A stretch of 64,000 nucleotides of DNA from a virus, in the IMG/VR virus record IMGVR_UViG_3300040770_000334, positions 46,017 to 110,016 of that record. The stretch is one strand, 5' to 3'. The notes below the pieces were generated by a model. That model was not told the origin of the DNA, searched no databases, and saw only the letters and a program-made list of their open reading frames with translations. The first letter of the stretch is position 1; each line of letters starts with the position of its first letter. This document shows positions 20,701-30,705 of the stretch, piece by piece. Position numbers and translations under genes: made by a program.

Positions 20701-21103
20701 GGTTTTAGCAACAACATGTTTCGAATATAATGGTTTCTATGAATACCCAGACCCTATACACCCTAATGGTGGTTCATTAACGTATGTTAACGCTAATGGT
20801 TCTCAGACAACGATAAATGGGATATATATGACCGAAAACAATGTACAGATTCAAGCGGTTAGTGTTAATACACCACATCCTGGTGTTTCTGTTGAAGCTT
20901 GCGGCACTGTAGCCCCAGTTGTTTGTAATCGATATCAAATTGCACCATACGATGATGCATATTCTGTTACTTACGTTGATTGCTCTGGTGTAACAAGAAC
21001 AAAAACTGGTACTTGTTATAGTGTCATTTGTCGTGCTGATACATTCTGTGCTAGAAGTATTATAAGATGCTCTGAGAATTATTCAATAATTGACGTTTGT
21101 TAA
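17774..21103 (+). CDS. Baseplate/tail protein with two tandem flavobacterial-adhesin-like Ig repeats
   Basis: WKSKGARKSIEFLL (P2 gpI/tail-like); two 101-aa repeats ending YQICE.ANPTNC.TATV. Confidence 0.65.
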   Translation: MSNNKVKVVGYAKKEFFNGGIEYRNFTPDLVGQQSTSGANTPLFTMGNFAITTNMDPKTSKDFISNGFSDFMSLNDLNLTLEKTQELLANNAKITLNLDKTNLKNYALFGSLSEFVRVSLENIITRWPASLYLVPIGVLPDGNMVNGFTFENYTYDELTEIAKFKVNTTFINNKFDINYLTNGSIVDTYNSSNDLRNITVNYESYVISHNGEDFPVIDFIGSSNLLNDYVHFTVKGNVFSDQPTNSKVNYHIMPNKVHQNTFFNQLKDFEGYLLSRRVSPKYTAEFKFPVKSDSGVILYVSKSVTWPVSDGYNIDFSTSEYVDYVSDLIEIASDNDLYSSDLMNRFLVTESISDFDTTPVHLDERHRDTSGQKMNKTLHIYGRQFDEINNFITGIAFANTVTYDKQNNTPDAYLKNLASVMGWDLISSVIENDLLSNYVKTAESDYSGESTGLTPVQADIELWRRIILNTPWIWKSKGARKSIEFLLRFIGAPQGLIQFNEYIYKADGPIDIDFFKEVLLLNGLDETISDYPIDADGFPRPLADTEDMYFQNKGLWYRETGGANSTIDILTGNNPHVGSYDGGFKYINQFKELIPNFVPVTVSSDTKTTKTLGLFINNDLGTYNETLTGTQISTVYINGVGGNGENLAECYTLTPIVIADPNPYKLTNNCGCPVDSTDNIISLCIDKKIQVIDNSVCSSKLISSSANTQNGRYVFSYYQYNSDGSVFMVNGQPKPYISDYSTTQCCEYIGGTPRLNEISENGVVIESGYYCDLVTTVVVVTAMNDIGNENITTSGGTSVSNVLVNDRIAGAQATTSNIILTQISSTNANITLNTSTGAVNVASGIAAGNYSLVYQICEIANPTNCSTATVSVPVKQLVKTIVATNDTGTPMSANTAGISVASVLANDTLDGVQANVYTVILTQISSTSPKVTLNTNNGSVNVASGLAAGNYTLVYKICEIGNPTNCATASVTVPITVLATTCFEYNGFYEYPDPIHPNGGSLTYVNANGSQTTINGIYMTENNVQIQAVSVNTPHPGVSVEACGTVAPVVCNRYQIAPYDDAYSVTYVDCSGVTRTKTGTCYSVICRADTFCARSIIRCSENYSIIDVC

Positions 21104-21144
21104 AATAAAATAAAATAAGATAATATTTATATAAAAATAAAATA

Positions 21145-23673
21145 ATGAGTTGTTTAAATTACAATACAATAATAAATGATGGTGGTTTAGTTACAAAACA
21201 TGTTGATGGAACGGTATCTGTTTTCGTAAATTATGCTGGTGTTTTAACACCACATATCCTTACAAAAGCTTGTTGTGAAAATCTAGGTTCTGGTTACACA
21301 TTTAATATTAACACTCAAACATGTAGCTGGGGTACTAATTCATTCGATACTTGTAATCTAGACCCATTCAACATAACGTTAAATACTAACGGTAATGATG
21401 GTTCATTGTTTTTTATTGATAATGACCAAGACTGTGGTTTAAACATAAGTTTTGATTATTTATTTAATTTAAAATATGGGACTCTTTCAGATATTTTAAA
21501 TAGCGTAACGACTAACCCAGTTAAAAATAAGTTAATAATTGATGTTGCCGCTAAAACGGAAGAATTAAATATTGAAATAGCTAATTTTGACTCAATTTAT
21601 AATAGGGTTATTGAGTTACAAACTAATTTTGATTCAACAAGATACTCTATTGCTTGTGATGGTACACCATCGACAATATATTGTCTAAGTGAACCTCAAG
21701 GTGTTGAAAAATGGTTTGATAGACTAGGGAATAAATTTGATAGGTTTATTGATGGTGATGTTTCATCGTATACGTGTTCTGATGTAAATTATATTACATC
21801 ACTTGAAGAATATGATGAATATGGTGACTTAATAACATTTTTTACGTCATGTCAAACACCTTTAGGTACAAAAACTAACTTAACCACTAGCATAACACAA
21901 GAATTAGTTAGTCAATCAAGCTCAGAAGCTAAATTAAGCATTTTAAGAGAAAGTTTAGCTTTATTGGAAGCAAAGCTTGATATAGAAAATTCGGAGAATC
22001 CTACGACACTTATAAACGTTTTTGAAACATTAGATGTTTCAGTTTCGTTAGATGTTGTTACTAGTGGAAATACGTTACAAACAGTTTACACTGAAAACAT
22101 ATTCCCAGCTATTGGTGTTGGTAATTTATATAATTATGTTACGGGTATTGAAAATACTGGTTTTTATCTTAGTGGTGGTATTTCTGGAACGGAATCCGTT
22201 GACGAAAGAATACTTAGCGATTTATTTATTGAAACTGGGTTATCAGCTACTACTGAAAATTATAAAATTTTCACGGATACAGTAAAATTAGAGTCATTTA
22301 AATCAGATTGGTTAAAATATAATATTTTAATTGATGATGTTGACGTTATTGATTTGATAAAAGATAAAAAAATAAAAATAACTTTAAATATAAATGATTC
22401 CTCATCAAATTTTTGTATTTATTTAGACAACATTGTATTAGACAGGGTTTGTACAATATTCACTGGTAGTGATATTTATTTATCAAAATCACCTGGTTTT
22501 AAGCTAGATAGAATTCATGATAATAAAAAATCTTGGGTTAGTGATTCGAAAAAAGATAGAAATTTCTCGATTGGTTCAAATAATGGTTTAAATGCTATAA
22601 GGCACACAAATTACAATGTTTCTGATGAGCGATTGATTATTAACACAAAAGAGATTGATTTAGATATCAACTTAGCATCAGCTATTGAAACTGATGTTTG
22701 GTCATATATTAAAGATAATCAGTGTATTTTAACTGGTACTGAGAATTGTGATAATTGTATTGAAAAATGTTGTGGTGATAACAAAATAGATTTCATCAAA
22801 CTAATGGCCGAAGCCTTATCAGATATAACAACGGTTGATGGGTTTAACCATTTGATGTTAACTGAGTTAATTGATGTTAAATCTAGACAGACATTATCTG
22901 GTTACCCAACGCTTAAAGCATTATACGATAGATACTTAAATAGTGAGAACTATTGTCTAACAACTAGTTCTAAATTTGATTATTTAACGGTAAATGAGTT
23001 TGCTGGTTTGATTGGTGATTATTGGGTTGATATAGTTGAACAAGTGATGCCAGCGACAACAATTTGGGGTAGTGTTAGGGTTTATACAAATACAATTTTT
23101 GACCAACAAAAGTTTAAGTATAGAGCTTATTCATCAATTTTTTGCGCTAACCAATTCCAATGTGAGAATGTACCTAGCCCAATTAACGGTAAATCTGGGA
23201 TGTATTCTGAGGTTGGTGTTACAACAACGGTAATTAATAAAGGTGTTACTGTAAATAATGTTGCAACCGAATGTGATAGGGTATATATTTCACAAATGAA
23301 TAGTGGTTCTGAATTTATTGGTGCAGTAAAAGTTGTTAATGCAAATAATGAAATTATCAGTGAAATGCCAACATATGATAGATTTACTGTTGTGTTGGTA
23401 AAACCGACTGAATGTGATGTGTTGTTAGGGTCAATGACAGCTAAAGCAACAGGTGGATTAGCACCATATACATATGAATGGTCAAATGGTGAAACAACCG
23501 AAACGGCTGAAGCCTTGACAGATGGTTCATATTACGTAATTGTTTCAGATTCACATTGTGAATCAATTAGGCTTGAATTTGACTATATGATTAATTTATG
23601 TAGTCAGAAAAATTACCAAGATGGACCTAAATTTAGTTTCCAAGATGGTGATAACCACGAATTTATGGTTTAA
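21145..23673 (+). CDS. Putative tail protein with C-terminal SprB-like repeat
   Basis: 842 aa; KATGGLAPYTYEWSNGETTE..EALTDGSYYVIVSD. Confidence 0.6.
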   Translation: MSCLNYNTIINDGGLVTKHVDGTVSVFVNYAGVLTPHILTKACCENLGSGYTFNINTQTCSWGTNSFDTCNLDPFNITLNTNGNDGSLFFIDNDQDCGLNISFDYLFNLKYGTLSDILNSVTTNPVKNKLIIDVAAKTEELNIEIANFDSIYNRVIELQTNFDSTRYSIACDGTPSTIYCLSEPQGVEKWFDRLGNKFDRFIDGDVSSYTCSDVNYITSLEEYDEYGDLITFFTSCQTPLGTKTNLTTSITQELVSQSSSEAKLSILRESLALLEAKLDIENSENPTTLINVFETLDVSVSLDVVTSGNTLQTVYTENIFPAIGVGNLYNYVTGIENTGFYLSGGISGTESVDERILSDLFIETGLSATTENYKIFTDTVKLESFKSDWLKYNILIDDVDVIDLIKDKKIKITLNINDSSSNFCIYLDNIVLDRVCTIFTGSDIYLSKSPGFKLDRIHDNKKSWVSDSKKDRNFSIGSNNGLNAIRHTNYNVSDERLIINTKEIDLDINLASAIETDVWSYIKDNQCILTGTENCDNCIEKCCGDNKIDFIKLMAEALSDITTVDGFNHLMLTELIDVKSRQTLSGYPTLKALYDRYLNSENYCLTTSSKFDYLTVNEFAGLIGDYWVDIVEQVMPATTIWGSVRVYTNTIFDQQKFKYRAYSSIFCANQFQCENVPSPINGKSGMYSEVGVTTTVINKGVTVNNVATECDRVYISQMNSGSEFIGAVKVVNANNEIISEMPTYDRFTVVLVKPTECDVLLGSMTAKATGGLAPYTYEWSNGETTETAEALTDGSYYVIVSDSHCESIRLEFDYMINLCSQKNYQDGPKFSFQDGDNHEFMV

Positions 23674-23699
23674 ATAATATATAAAAAAATAAAGATAAA

Positions 23700-25886
23700 A
23701 TGCCAAATTTAACATCAAGAACGCTTGCATCTGGAGCATCAAAAACAGATTTAATACATATCGTTATACCAAGTGATACTGTCCAAAACTTAGCTGGGAG
23801 TTCATATAAGATACCAATTGGTGATTATATTGATAAGTTTTCACTATGGACTGGAAGCACTGGTGCTGGGTCTATTGTACCTAAAGGTAGTGGCTCAGTT
23901 GCGACTGGGGCTAATTCATTTATTTTAGGGTATGGGATTAACGGTAGTTCAAACAATACAACATATGTTGATAGTTTTAACGTAAAAACGATTGGTAACG
24001 GTACTAGTGTTTTAACACTTGGTGTTGATGGTTCTGGTAATGTAGTGAGAGCACTTGATGTTCTTGTAACTGGTGGAACTTATAATAACGGTATTGCTAC
24101 TTTTACAAATAACTCTGGTGGAACCTTTAATGTAACTGGATTTAAGACATCTGATTTGGTTGTAACTGGTGGTACTTACTCAAATGGTACAACTGTATTT
24201 ACAAACAATACTGGTGGAACTTTTAACGTTACTGGGTTCAAAACATTTGATTTGGTTGTAACTGGTGGTACTTACTCAAATGGTACAACTGTATTTACAA
24301 ACAATACTGGTGGAACTTTTAACGTTACGGGGTTCAAAACATCTGATATTTTTGTTAGTGCGGCAACCTTTAATAATGGGACATATGATTTAAATCTAAC
24401 TAGAAATGATGGTGTTATTTTAACGGCTAATTTAGGTCTTTTATCTAGTGATATTAAAGTTACTGGTGGTACCTATAATATAAATAGCGGTGTTGTTACA
24501 TTCACTAATAACTCTGGTGGTACATTTAATGTGAATGGATTCACCTCTGGAATGACTGATACCGATAGGTATGTAACTGGTGGAACCTATTCAAATGGAA
24601 CCGCTACTTTCACTAATAATTCTGGTGGGACTTTTAATGTAAATGGATTTAAAACATCTGAAATTTTTGTTAATAGCGGTACGTACACAAATGGTACTGC
24701 AACGTTTACCAATACCACAGGTGGAACGTTTAACGTAAGTGGATTTAATACTGCTAGTGGTTTCGATATACGAGTTACTGGTGGAACCTATTCAAATGGA
24801 ACCGCTACATTCACTAATAATTCTGGTGAAACATTTAATGTAAATGGATTTTCTTCTGGAATGACTGATACCGATAGGTATGTAACTGGTGGAACCTATT
24901 CAAATGGTATAGCTACTTTCACTAATAATTCTGGTGGGACATTTAATGTAAATGGTTTTAGCACTGGCGGTGCAACTGTATTAACATATTGGTCAGCTGG
25001 TACTGGTACCAATTCACTTGTAACTAAAAATGCTGGAAATACTTCTAGTGCTGACTATGCACTAGCTGAGGGTTACGTTACGATAGCTAGTGGTTTTGCA
25101 GCACATGCCGAGGGTCAAACAACTACCGCTAGTGGTAATATATCACATGCAGAGGGTTATAACGGAATAGCTAGTGGTGTTGCATCACATGCAGAGGGTT
25201 CTAACACTAGAGCTAGTAATATTAATTCACATGCTGAGGGTGAGTCATCACATGCTAGTGGTCCATCATCACATGCAGAGGGTAATAATACATTAGCTAG
25301 TGGGATTAATTCACATGCCGAGGGTACTACAACAACTGCTTTTGGTTCATCATCACGTGCTGGTGGTACTTCTACAGTAGCAAATGGTATTAATTCATTT
25401 GTTCATGGTAGTTTTTCAACGGCTAATGCTGATAACACAATTGTATTAGGTGCTAATATAGTTGGAAATCAAGATAATACTACATATACTGATAGGTTAA
25501 ATATTAAAAGGTTTAATAATGGTGTTAGTGTTAATAACATAGGTGTTGATGCCAATGGTTTTGTTGTTATTGGTACCACTGGTGGTAGCGTATTGTTACA
25601 AAAAATAATATTAAGTAATTATATACTTACCTCAACTGACAACGATTATTCAATAATAATTAATAATGGGGGGGATAATGTGACTATTACCGTACCAACT
25701 GGTTTAGTTGAGAAATTTAATGTTGGGTTTATTCAACAGGGTACTGGTGTTGTCACATTTGTTACTTCTGGCACCGTAATAAACACACCAATTGGATATA
25801 AAATAAAAGGTCAAAATTTTAATGCTTATCTTGAAAAAGTGGGCGCAAGTGAAGTATTCCAATTATTAGGTAATTTAACGTTATAA
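23700..25886 (+). CDS. Tail fibre protein with ~32-aa repeats and YadA-head-like SHAEG repeats
   Basis: Nine (V)TGGTYSNG.ATFTNN.GGTFNV.GF-type units; six HAEG motifs at 14-aa period. Confidence 0.75.
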   Translation: MPNLTSRTLASGASKTDLIHIVIPSDTVQNLAGSSYKIPIGDYIDKFSLWTGSTGAGSIVPKGSGSVATGANSFILGYGINGSSNNTTYVDSFNVKTIGNGTSVLTLGVDGSGNVVRALDVLVTGGTYNNGIATFTNNSGGTFNVTGFKTSDLVVTGGTYSNGTTVFTNNTGGTFNVTGFKTFDLVVTGGTYSNGTTVFTNNTGGTFNVTGFKTSDIFVSAATFNNGTYDLNLTRNDGVILTANLGLLSSDIKVTGGTYNINSGVVTFTNNSGGTFNVNGFTSGMTDTDRYVTGGTYSNGTATFTNNSGGTFNVNGFKTSEIFVNSGTYTNGTATFTNTTGGTFNVSGFNTASGFDIRVTGGTYSNGTATFTNNSGETFNVNGFSSGMTDTDRYVTGGTYSNGIATFTNNSGGTFNVNGFSTGGATVLTYWSAGTGTNSLVTKNAGNTSSADYALAEGYVTIASGFAAHAEGQTTTASGNISHAEGYNGIASGVASHAEGSNTRASNINSHAEGESSHASGPSSHAEGNNTLASGINSHAEGTTTTAFGSSSRAGGTSTVANGINSFVHGSFSTANADNTIVLGANIVGNQDNTTYTDRLNIKRFNNGVSVNNIGVDANGFVVIGTTGGSVLLQKIILSNYILTSTDNDYSIIINNGGDNVTITVPTGLVEKFNVGFIQQGTGVVTFVTSGTVINTPIGYKIKGQNFNAYLEKVGASEVFQLLGNLTL
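24057..24958 (+). repeat. Coding tandem repeats in tail fibre
   Basis: Near-identical 96-nt units at 24147-24242 and 24243-24338; ~100-nt duplicates near 24547 and 24856. Confidence 0.9.
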
Positions 25887-25887
25887 T

Positions 25888-26751
25888 ATGAGAAATTTTA
25901 GAAGAGAAATATATAGAACTTTAAATACTACTAGAGTTGGATGTAATGCTGTTGCAACATCTGGGGGTTATGGTGTTACAGAATTAATCCTTAATTTGGA
26001 TAAACCATTAGGTGGTATAGTTGTAGTTGATTTTGATGCACAAAGTGTTCCAGATAAACTAGAAATGTTACATAATGGAGTTAAAAAAGGTACCTCTGGT
26101 ATGAGTGTTGCTAATGCTGGGCCATTTGATGATATATATGGGTCTCCAACTATTCCAGATAGCGCACAAGCTTCTACGACTGACCAATTTATTGGTCTTA
26201 ACAAAGGGACCATTCCTAATAGGTATAGTACATTTGTTAATGAAACAGGTGTAACTGATTTAAATATGACAAAACAACAATTAATTTGGTGGGTTTACAC
26301 TGAGGCTGACTATAACGCTAACAACACTGTTACAGTTAGAGTAACTGGGATTAATGGTACTCAATGGAGTTTACAAAGGTTATGTACTGATATGCCAGCT
26401 TCGGCACCAGTAATCAACTCAACTTGTTATACGGCATATGATTCGCCTAGTGGTAGTTTTGCTGATAATTGTCTAGGCCAACAATTTACCCGTCAAGAAA
26501 GCACAGTAACTGTATATCTTAGCCAACCAGCAACTAAAGTAGAGACCTTTACTGTTAGTTTTGATAGTATTGATTGTCAGAATGCTTCATCAGTAAATAA
26601 TATTGGTATAACTATAAATATAGGTCAAAGCCAAGGTGGTTTTTCATATGTTTCAGATAATTATGTTGACTGTGGACAAGGTAGTTGTAATAGAGAGTAT
26701 AATACGTATTTAGGTACTGTTTCTGATAGTGGTCTTGCAACGTGTCCATAA
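25888..26751 (+). CDS. Putative tail fibre-associated protein
   Basis: 287 aa, Cys-rich beta-type C-terminus, directly after tail fibre gene. Confidence 0.55.
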   Translation: MRNFRREIYRTLNTTRVGCNAVATSGGYGVTELILNLDKPLGGIVVVDFDAQSVPDKLEMLHNGVKKGTSGMSVANAGPFDDIYGSPTIPDSAQASTTDQFIGLNKGTIPNRYSTFVNETGVTDLNMTKQQLIWWVYTEADYNANNTVTVRVTGINGTQWSLQRLCTDMPASAPVINSTCYTAYDSPSGSFADNCLGQQFTRQESTVTVYLSQPATKVETFTVSFDSIDCQNASSVNNIGITINIGQSQGGFSYVSDNYVDCGQGSCNREYNTYLGTVSDSGLATCP

Positions 26752-26776
26752 TAAAATAAATAACACATAATAAACT

Positions 26777-27013
26777 ATGCCAATATTAGTTAAAAAAATA
26801 GAAGGGGAAATATTAGATAACATCGAGTGTGGTGTTATCTACATTAAAAGTATTCATTGTGATGCTAAAAAATCAGATTATATAAATATACCTGGATTTA
26901 TTGGGTATTTACAAGATTTTATTAATGTTGAATCAATAACGCCTCTTGATAAACCAATAAAATTTGGTTTATCAAATAATAGTGAAATAATTACTTTAGA
27001 AATAAATTATTAA
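26777..27013 (+). CDS. Hypothetical protein
   Basis: 78-aa ORF coupled to next gene. Confidence 0.55.
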   Translation: MPILVKKIEGEILDNIECGVIYIKSIHCDAKKSDYINIPGFIGYLQDFINVESITPLDKPIKFGLSNNSEIITLEINY

Positions 27014-28443
27014 TGAGAAATCAAGATAAAATATATTGTCAAGATACGAGTATTGTTAGAAATAAAACAGTGTTAAACGTTAACACTAGCTCTGACATGT
27101 GTATATTTGAAACACCATCATTTAAGGTTATAGGTGCATCAAAAATAGATTGCACCAATTCAACTGGAACATCATATATTATATCGACAGCAACGACAAT
27201 ACCATTACTTTTTGAGTTTGCTAACCCAGAGTCTGTATCTGAAGACACTAAATTTAAATATGAAATCTATAAATACAAGGAACAAATAAACGCATTCACA
27301 CTACCAGCAATCTACCAATCTGAGGTTTTTGCGATTACTAATTTTTTAGATACTGACGTTTCGGTAACTGCTTTAAAATTAGATGGTGAATATCTTATAA
27401 AGGGCTATTTTGAATCTAACGTTAAAACTGATTTTTTTAAAAAATTAGGTAAAACTTTAGATACATTAACGTATAGAAATGGCTCTGAGTTTAACCTATA
27501 TGATTCAAAATTTGATTATCATTTTATTGCGTTAAAAGCTGCTGAAACGCCAACATTCAATCGTATCCAAAGTAATGTCCCAAATACTGGTACTTTATAT
27601 CAACAGGTGATATTACCGACAATATTTGATGTTGATGAAGGTGAAAAACAACCAACACAAAATACTTTAGTTGTTCCAAATAGTTATGCTGGTAATATGA
27701 TTTTAACACTTAACGGTATGGTTTTGGCCAAAGACCTAGATTATACGTTATCGACAAACATAGTTACGTTAAATGGAGAAGTTCTTTCAGATGACGTATT
27801 CACAGCAATTTATGCACCAACTGGTGGGAACAATTTAATTGGTGAAAACATATTAGTTAAAGCTGAAACACCTAGAGGTGTCGAGGGTGGGGAAGGTAAT
27901 AATAAATTTTATTTTAACACCACAAGTAATAAATATGAGATTTACACTACTATAATACCAGCCGATGGTGAAACAGTTATAGTTATGTTGAATGGAATTA
28001 CTTTAGCTAACGGTTTAGACCACTATGGGTCAACATCAAACCAAAAAAGAATAATATTAGAAGGTGATTTACGAATAAATGACATATTAACGCTAGTTTA
28101 CTTCGGTAGAACGAATGTGGTTAATGGTTTGAAAATACCAAACCCAACAATAAGTTGGTCAGTTAAAAATGCACCAGAAATGGTGAATGGCTATTTTTCA
28201 GTAGAGGTTTGTGATGATGATGATTTTATTAATTTGACACATAGTGGTGTAACTAATTATGTTGTTGGTCAAGCTAGTTATCTAGATACTTTTGATGTAA
28301 AAGGAGTTTTTGGTAGTAAATTATATTACAGAGTTAAAAATGTTAAAAATTATAAAACTTTTTGTGGTGATGTAATTACAAGCGTTGGATACAGTGAGGT
28401 TATACCGCTAGTGGTTGAGACAAATAGCATAAATGCCTATTAA
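27013..28443 (+). CDS. Putative baseplate/tail structural protein
   Basis: Two LNG..LA..LD[YH] beta repeats typical of phage baseplate/fibre proteins. Confidence 0.6.
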   Translation: MRNQDKIYCQDTSIVRNKTVLNVNTSSDMCIFETPSFKVIGASKIDCTNSTGTSYIISTATTIPLLFEFANPESVSEDTKFKYEIYKYKEQINAFTLPAIYQSEVFAITNFLDTDVSVTALKLDGEYLIKGYFESNVKTDFFKKLGKTLDTLTYRNGSEFNLYDSKFDYHFIALKAAETPTFNRIQSNVPNTGTLYQQVILPTIFDVDEGEKQPTQNTLVVPNSYAGNMILTLNGMVLAKDLDYTLSTNIVTLNGEVLSDDVFTAIYAPTGGNNLIGENILVKAETPRGVEGGEGNNKFYFNTTSNKYEIYTTIIPADGETVIVMLNGITLANGLDHYGSTSNQKRIILEGDLRINDILTLVYFGRTNVVNGLKIPNPTISWSVKNAPEMVNGYFSVEVCDDDDFINLTHSGVTNYVVGQASYLDTFDVKGVFGSKLYYRVKNVKNYKTFCGDVITSVGYSEVIPLVVETNSINAY

Positions 28444-28534
28444 TAGCGTTTACTATTATAGATTTAAGCGTAAAATAGAGTTAAATAAAAAAATAAAACA
28501 AAGTATCTAATATTTATAAATAAATAAATAACAT

Positions 28535-30673
28535 ATGTCATATATAATAAACAATACTAACCCATTCGTATCGATTAAGATGACGGAAAAAGGTCGTGAA
28601 CAACTTAGCATGGGTCAACTTAATTTCTCTTTCTGGGGAATTGGTGACTCTGAAATAAACTATAGTCGAGAAGCAATTGTTGATGGTAACCCAGCAGCTT
28701 TTCCTTCTACTAGTAAAATAATGAGACCTTTTGATAGACAACCAAATATTAAAAGTTTTATAACACCATCTGGGTCACAAACACCTTACCAATTATTAGA
28801 TAATGGTAATGTAAATGTAGTTAAGGCTATTGTTAACAACTCAGCAAAAGAAAGAGGATTTTTCACTAATGTTGATGGTGTTTATACTGCAATAGAAGGT
28901 GGTGTGTATTCACCTTATTCAGTTATTGTATCAAATATTAATTTAGTTGGTACTAATAAAATAGCTGGTTTTAGTTCAACAACTAGCTTTACGGTTGGTG
29001 ATATGATATTACTTACTTTAGCTAATAACAGATTGAGTATCGCACTAGATGATTCTAGTACCAAACCTTTACCTAAGCTTTGGTTCAAGATTATTTCGTT
29101 GGATTCTACATCAATTACATTAGATAGAAAAACACCAAATTATTCATTAGAAACAACTTATAGTTCTAAGATAGTTGTCTATAAAAGTGGTGAAGTACAT
29201 GAAACAATTGCAACTGAAAATACAACAGCATATTGGGATAGTGGAACACTTTCATTTGATTCCGCATCAAATGTTACGTGTCATGATGTACCAGTTTGGA
29301 ACATGAATAATGTGTGGTGTGAAAATATTGCTGGTATTACTGGTTTGTCGTCTACTAGGTTATACGAGGATTATACTAAATTTGGTTCATTCGACTATTT
29401 GGGAGCTAAAAACCCATATTTAGGATATGTTTGTGGTGTAAATACCGAAGATATACAAAAAGATTCACCTTGTTCTGATGGTACTGGCGTGAGTTATGAT
29501 GATGATATAAGTAAATCTGTTTCCATATTACATTATACTAATAACACAATTTCTAACCTTTATGGAGAGTTTTTGTATATTGATACGACTAAGGGTAAAA
29601 CTGTTAAAATTACTATACCAAATTTAATGTACCATAGAAGAAATTATAGTACTGGTGATGGTCTTGAAATGGGTATGACATTTGTTGCCAGCGGCCAGAT
29701 TAAATTTGTTGGTACTAGTGATATTGAATATGTTGAGCTACTTGAAGATGCTACAATGGTTAATAAAACACCGTTAGTTATCGGTAGAGTTTACCCACAA
29801 TTAAAAACTATAGTTATACATGACGATGAAATTGTTGCTGCTATATCTTATAAGTCCAATAGAAACTGGACATTACCAAAATTAGCTGCAAATCTTACAG
29901 CACCAAGTTCTGATGTTGAAAACGGTATATTACCAGTTGATGCGACAATGTATTTGAGTTATTCGTTAGAAAATACTAATAATGGGTTAATAACTAGTTT
30001 ACCAAACCAGAATTATGTTAAAATTAGTAACGCTACTAATACATCAAAAGATGTTTCATTCAGACTGATTGAAACGGATTTATTACCATATATGCGTAAG
30101 AAAGAGTTGGTTAACGATGGTTTTGGTTTTTATGCTGATAAATTTAAATTGATTTATCAAATAGTGTTAAATTCAGATACACGTCCAGACCCAGGAGCTT
30201 GGAAAACATGTGATTTCACATCAAATTTTATAACGTATGGTCAAGGTCAAACAATTGACCCTAAAAATTTAGAGAATCAAAACCCAATATTAACTGGTTT
30301 TAATTTAACTTCAGAAAAAGATAATTCAGCAACAATTTTCTCAATTATTGAGACATTAAACATGGCACCAAACAACTCACCATCAAATTTACAATTTGGT
30401 GACGAGAAATTCTTTTACGGTAACTTAAAGACCTATATTGGTGCAACAATTTATAAAACAATTTTTGATATTAGAGTTAATTCAAGTCAGTTCAACTCAA
30501 CATCAAATCCAACTAGAAGTAAGGATTTAGCAACTAATCCACCAGTGATTAAAGTTAGTGAAGTAGGTATATATGATGAGAACAAAAACCTAGTTTGTAT
30601 TGGGAAATTAAATACACCAATACCATTATCAGCTGGTAACACTATAATGTTAGAATTAAGTATGGATTTTTAA
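28535..30673 (+). CDS. Putative virion structural protein (tail-collar-like termini)
   Basis: N-terminal MTEKGREQL, C-terminal VSEVGIYDENKNLVCIGKL. Confidence 0.6.
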   Translation: MSYIINNTNPFVSIKMTEKGREQLSMGQLNFSFWGIGDSEINYSREAIVDGNPAAFPSTSKIMRPFDRQPNIKSFITPSGSQTPYQLLDNGNVNVVKAIVNNSAKERGFFTNVDGVYTAIEGGVYSPYSVIVSNINLVGTNKIAGFSSTTSFTVGDMILLTLANNRLSIALDDSSTKPLPKLWFKIISLDSTSITLDRKTPNYSLETTYSSKIVVYKSGEVHETIATENTTAYWDSGTLSFDSASNVTCHDVPVWNMNNVWCENIAGITGLSSTRLYEDYTKFGSFDYLGAKNPYLGYVCGVNTEDIQKDSPCSDGTGVSYDDDISKSVSILHYTNNTISNLYGEFLYIDTTKGKTVKITIPNLMYHRRNYSTGDGLEMGMTFVASGQIKFVGTSDIEYVELLEDATMVNKTPLVIGRVYPQLKTIVIHDDEIVAAISYKSNRNWTLPKLAANLTAPSSDVENGILPVDATMYLSYSLENTNNGLITSLPNQNYVKISNATNTSKDVSFRLIETDLLPYMRKKELVNDGFGFYADKFKLIYQIVLNSDTRPDPGAWKTCDFTSNFITYGQGQTIDPKNLENQNPILTGFNLTSEKDNSATIFSIIETLNMAPNNSPSNLQFGDEKFFYGNLKTYIGATIYKTIFDIRVNSSQFNSTSNPTRSKDLATNPPVIKVSEVGIYDENKNLVCIGKLNTPIPLSAGNTIMLELSMDF

Positions 30674-30705
30674 TCTGAATAATAAAAAAAAGAAAAAATA
30701 AAAAT

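Noticed and set aside
24057-24958. Possible CRISPR array
   Set aside because: The repeats are in-frame coding units (96-nt period) without unique spacers, and no cas genes are present.
11956-30332. Extra TTCAGCAA copies at 11956 and 30325
   Set aside because: They lie inside long CDSs with no closing stem or A-rich linker; about one chance hit per strand is expected.
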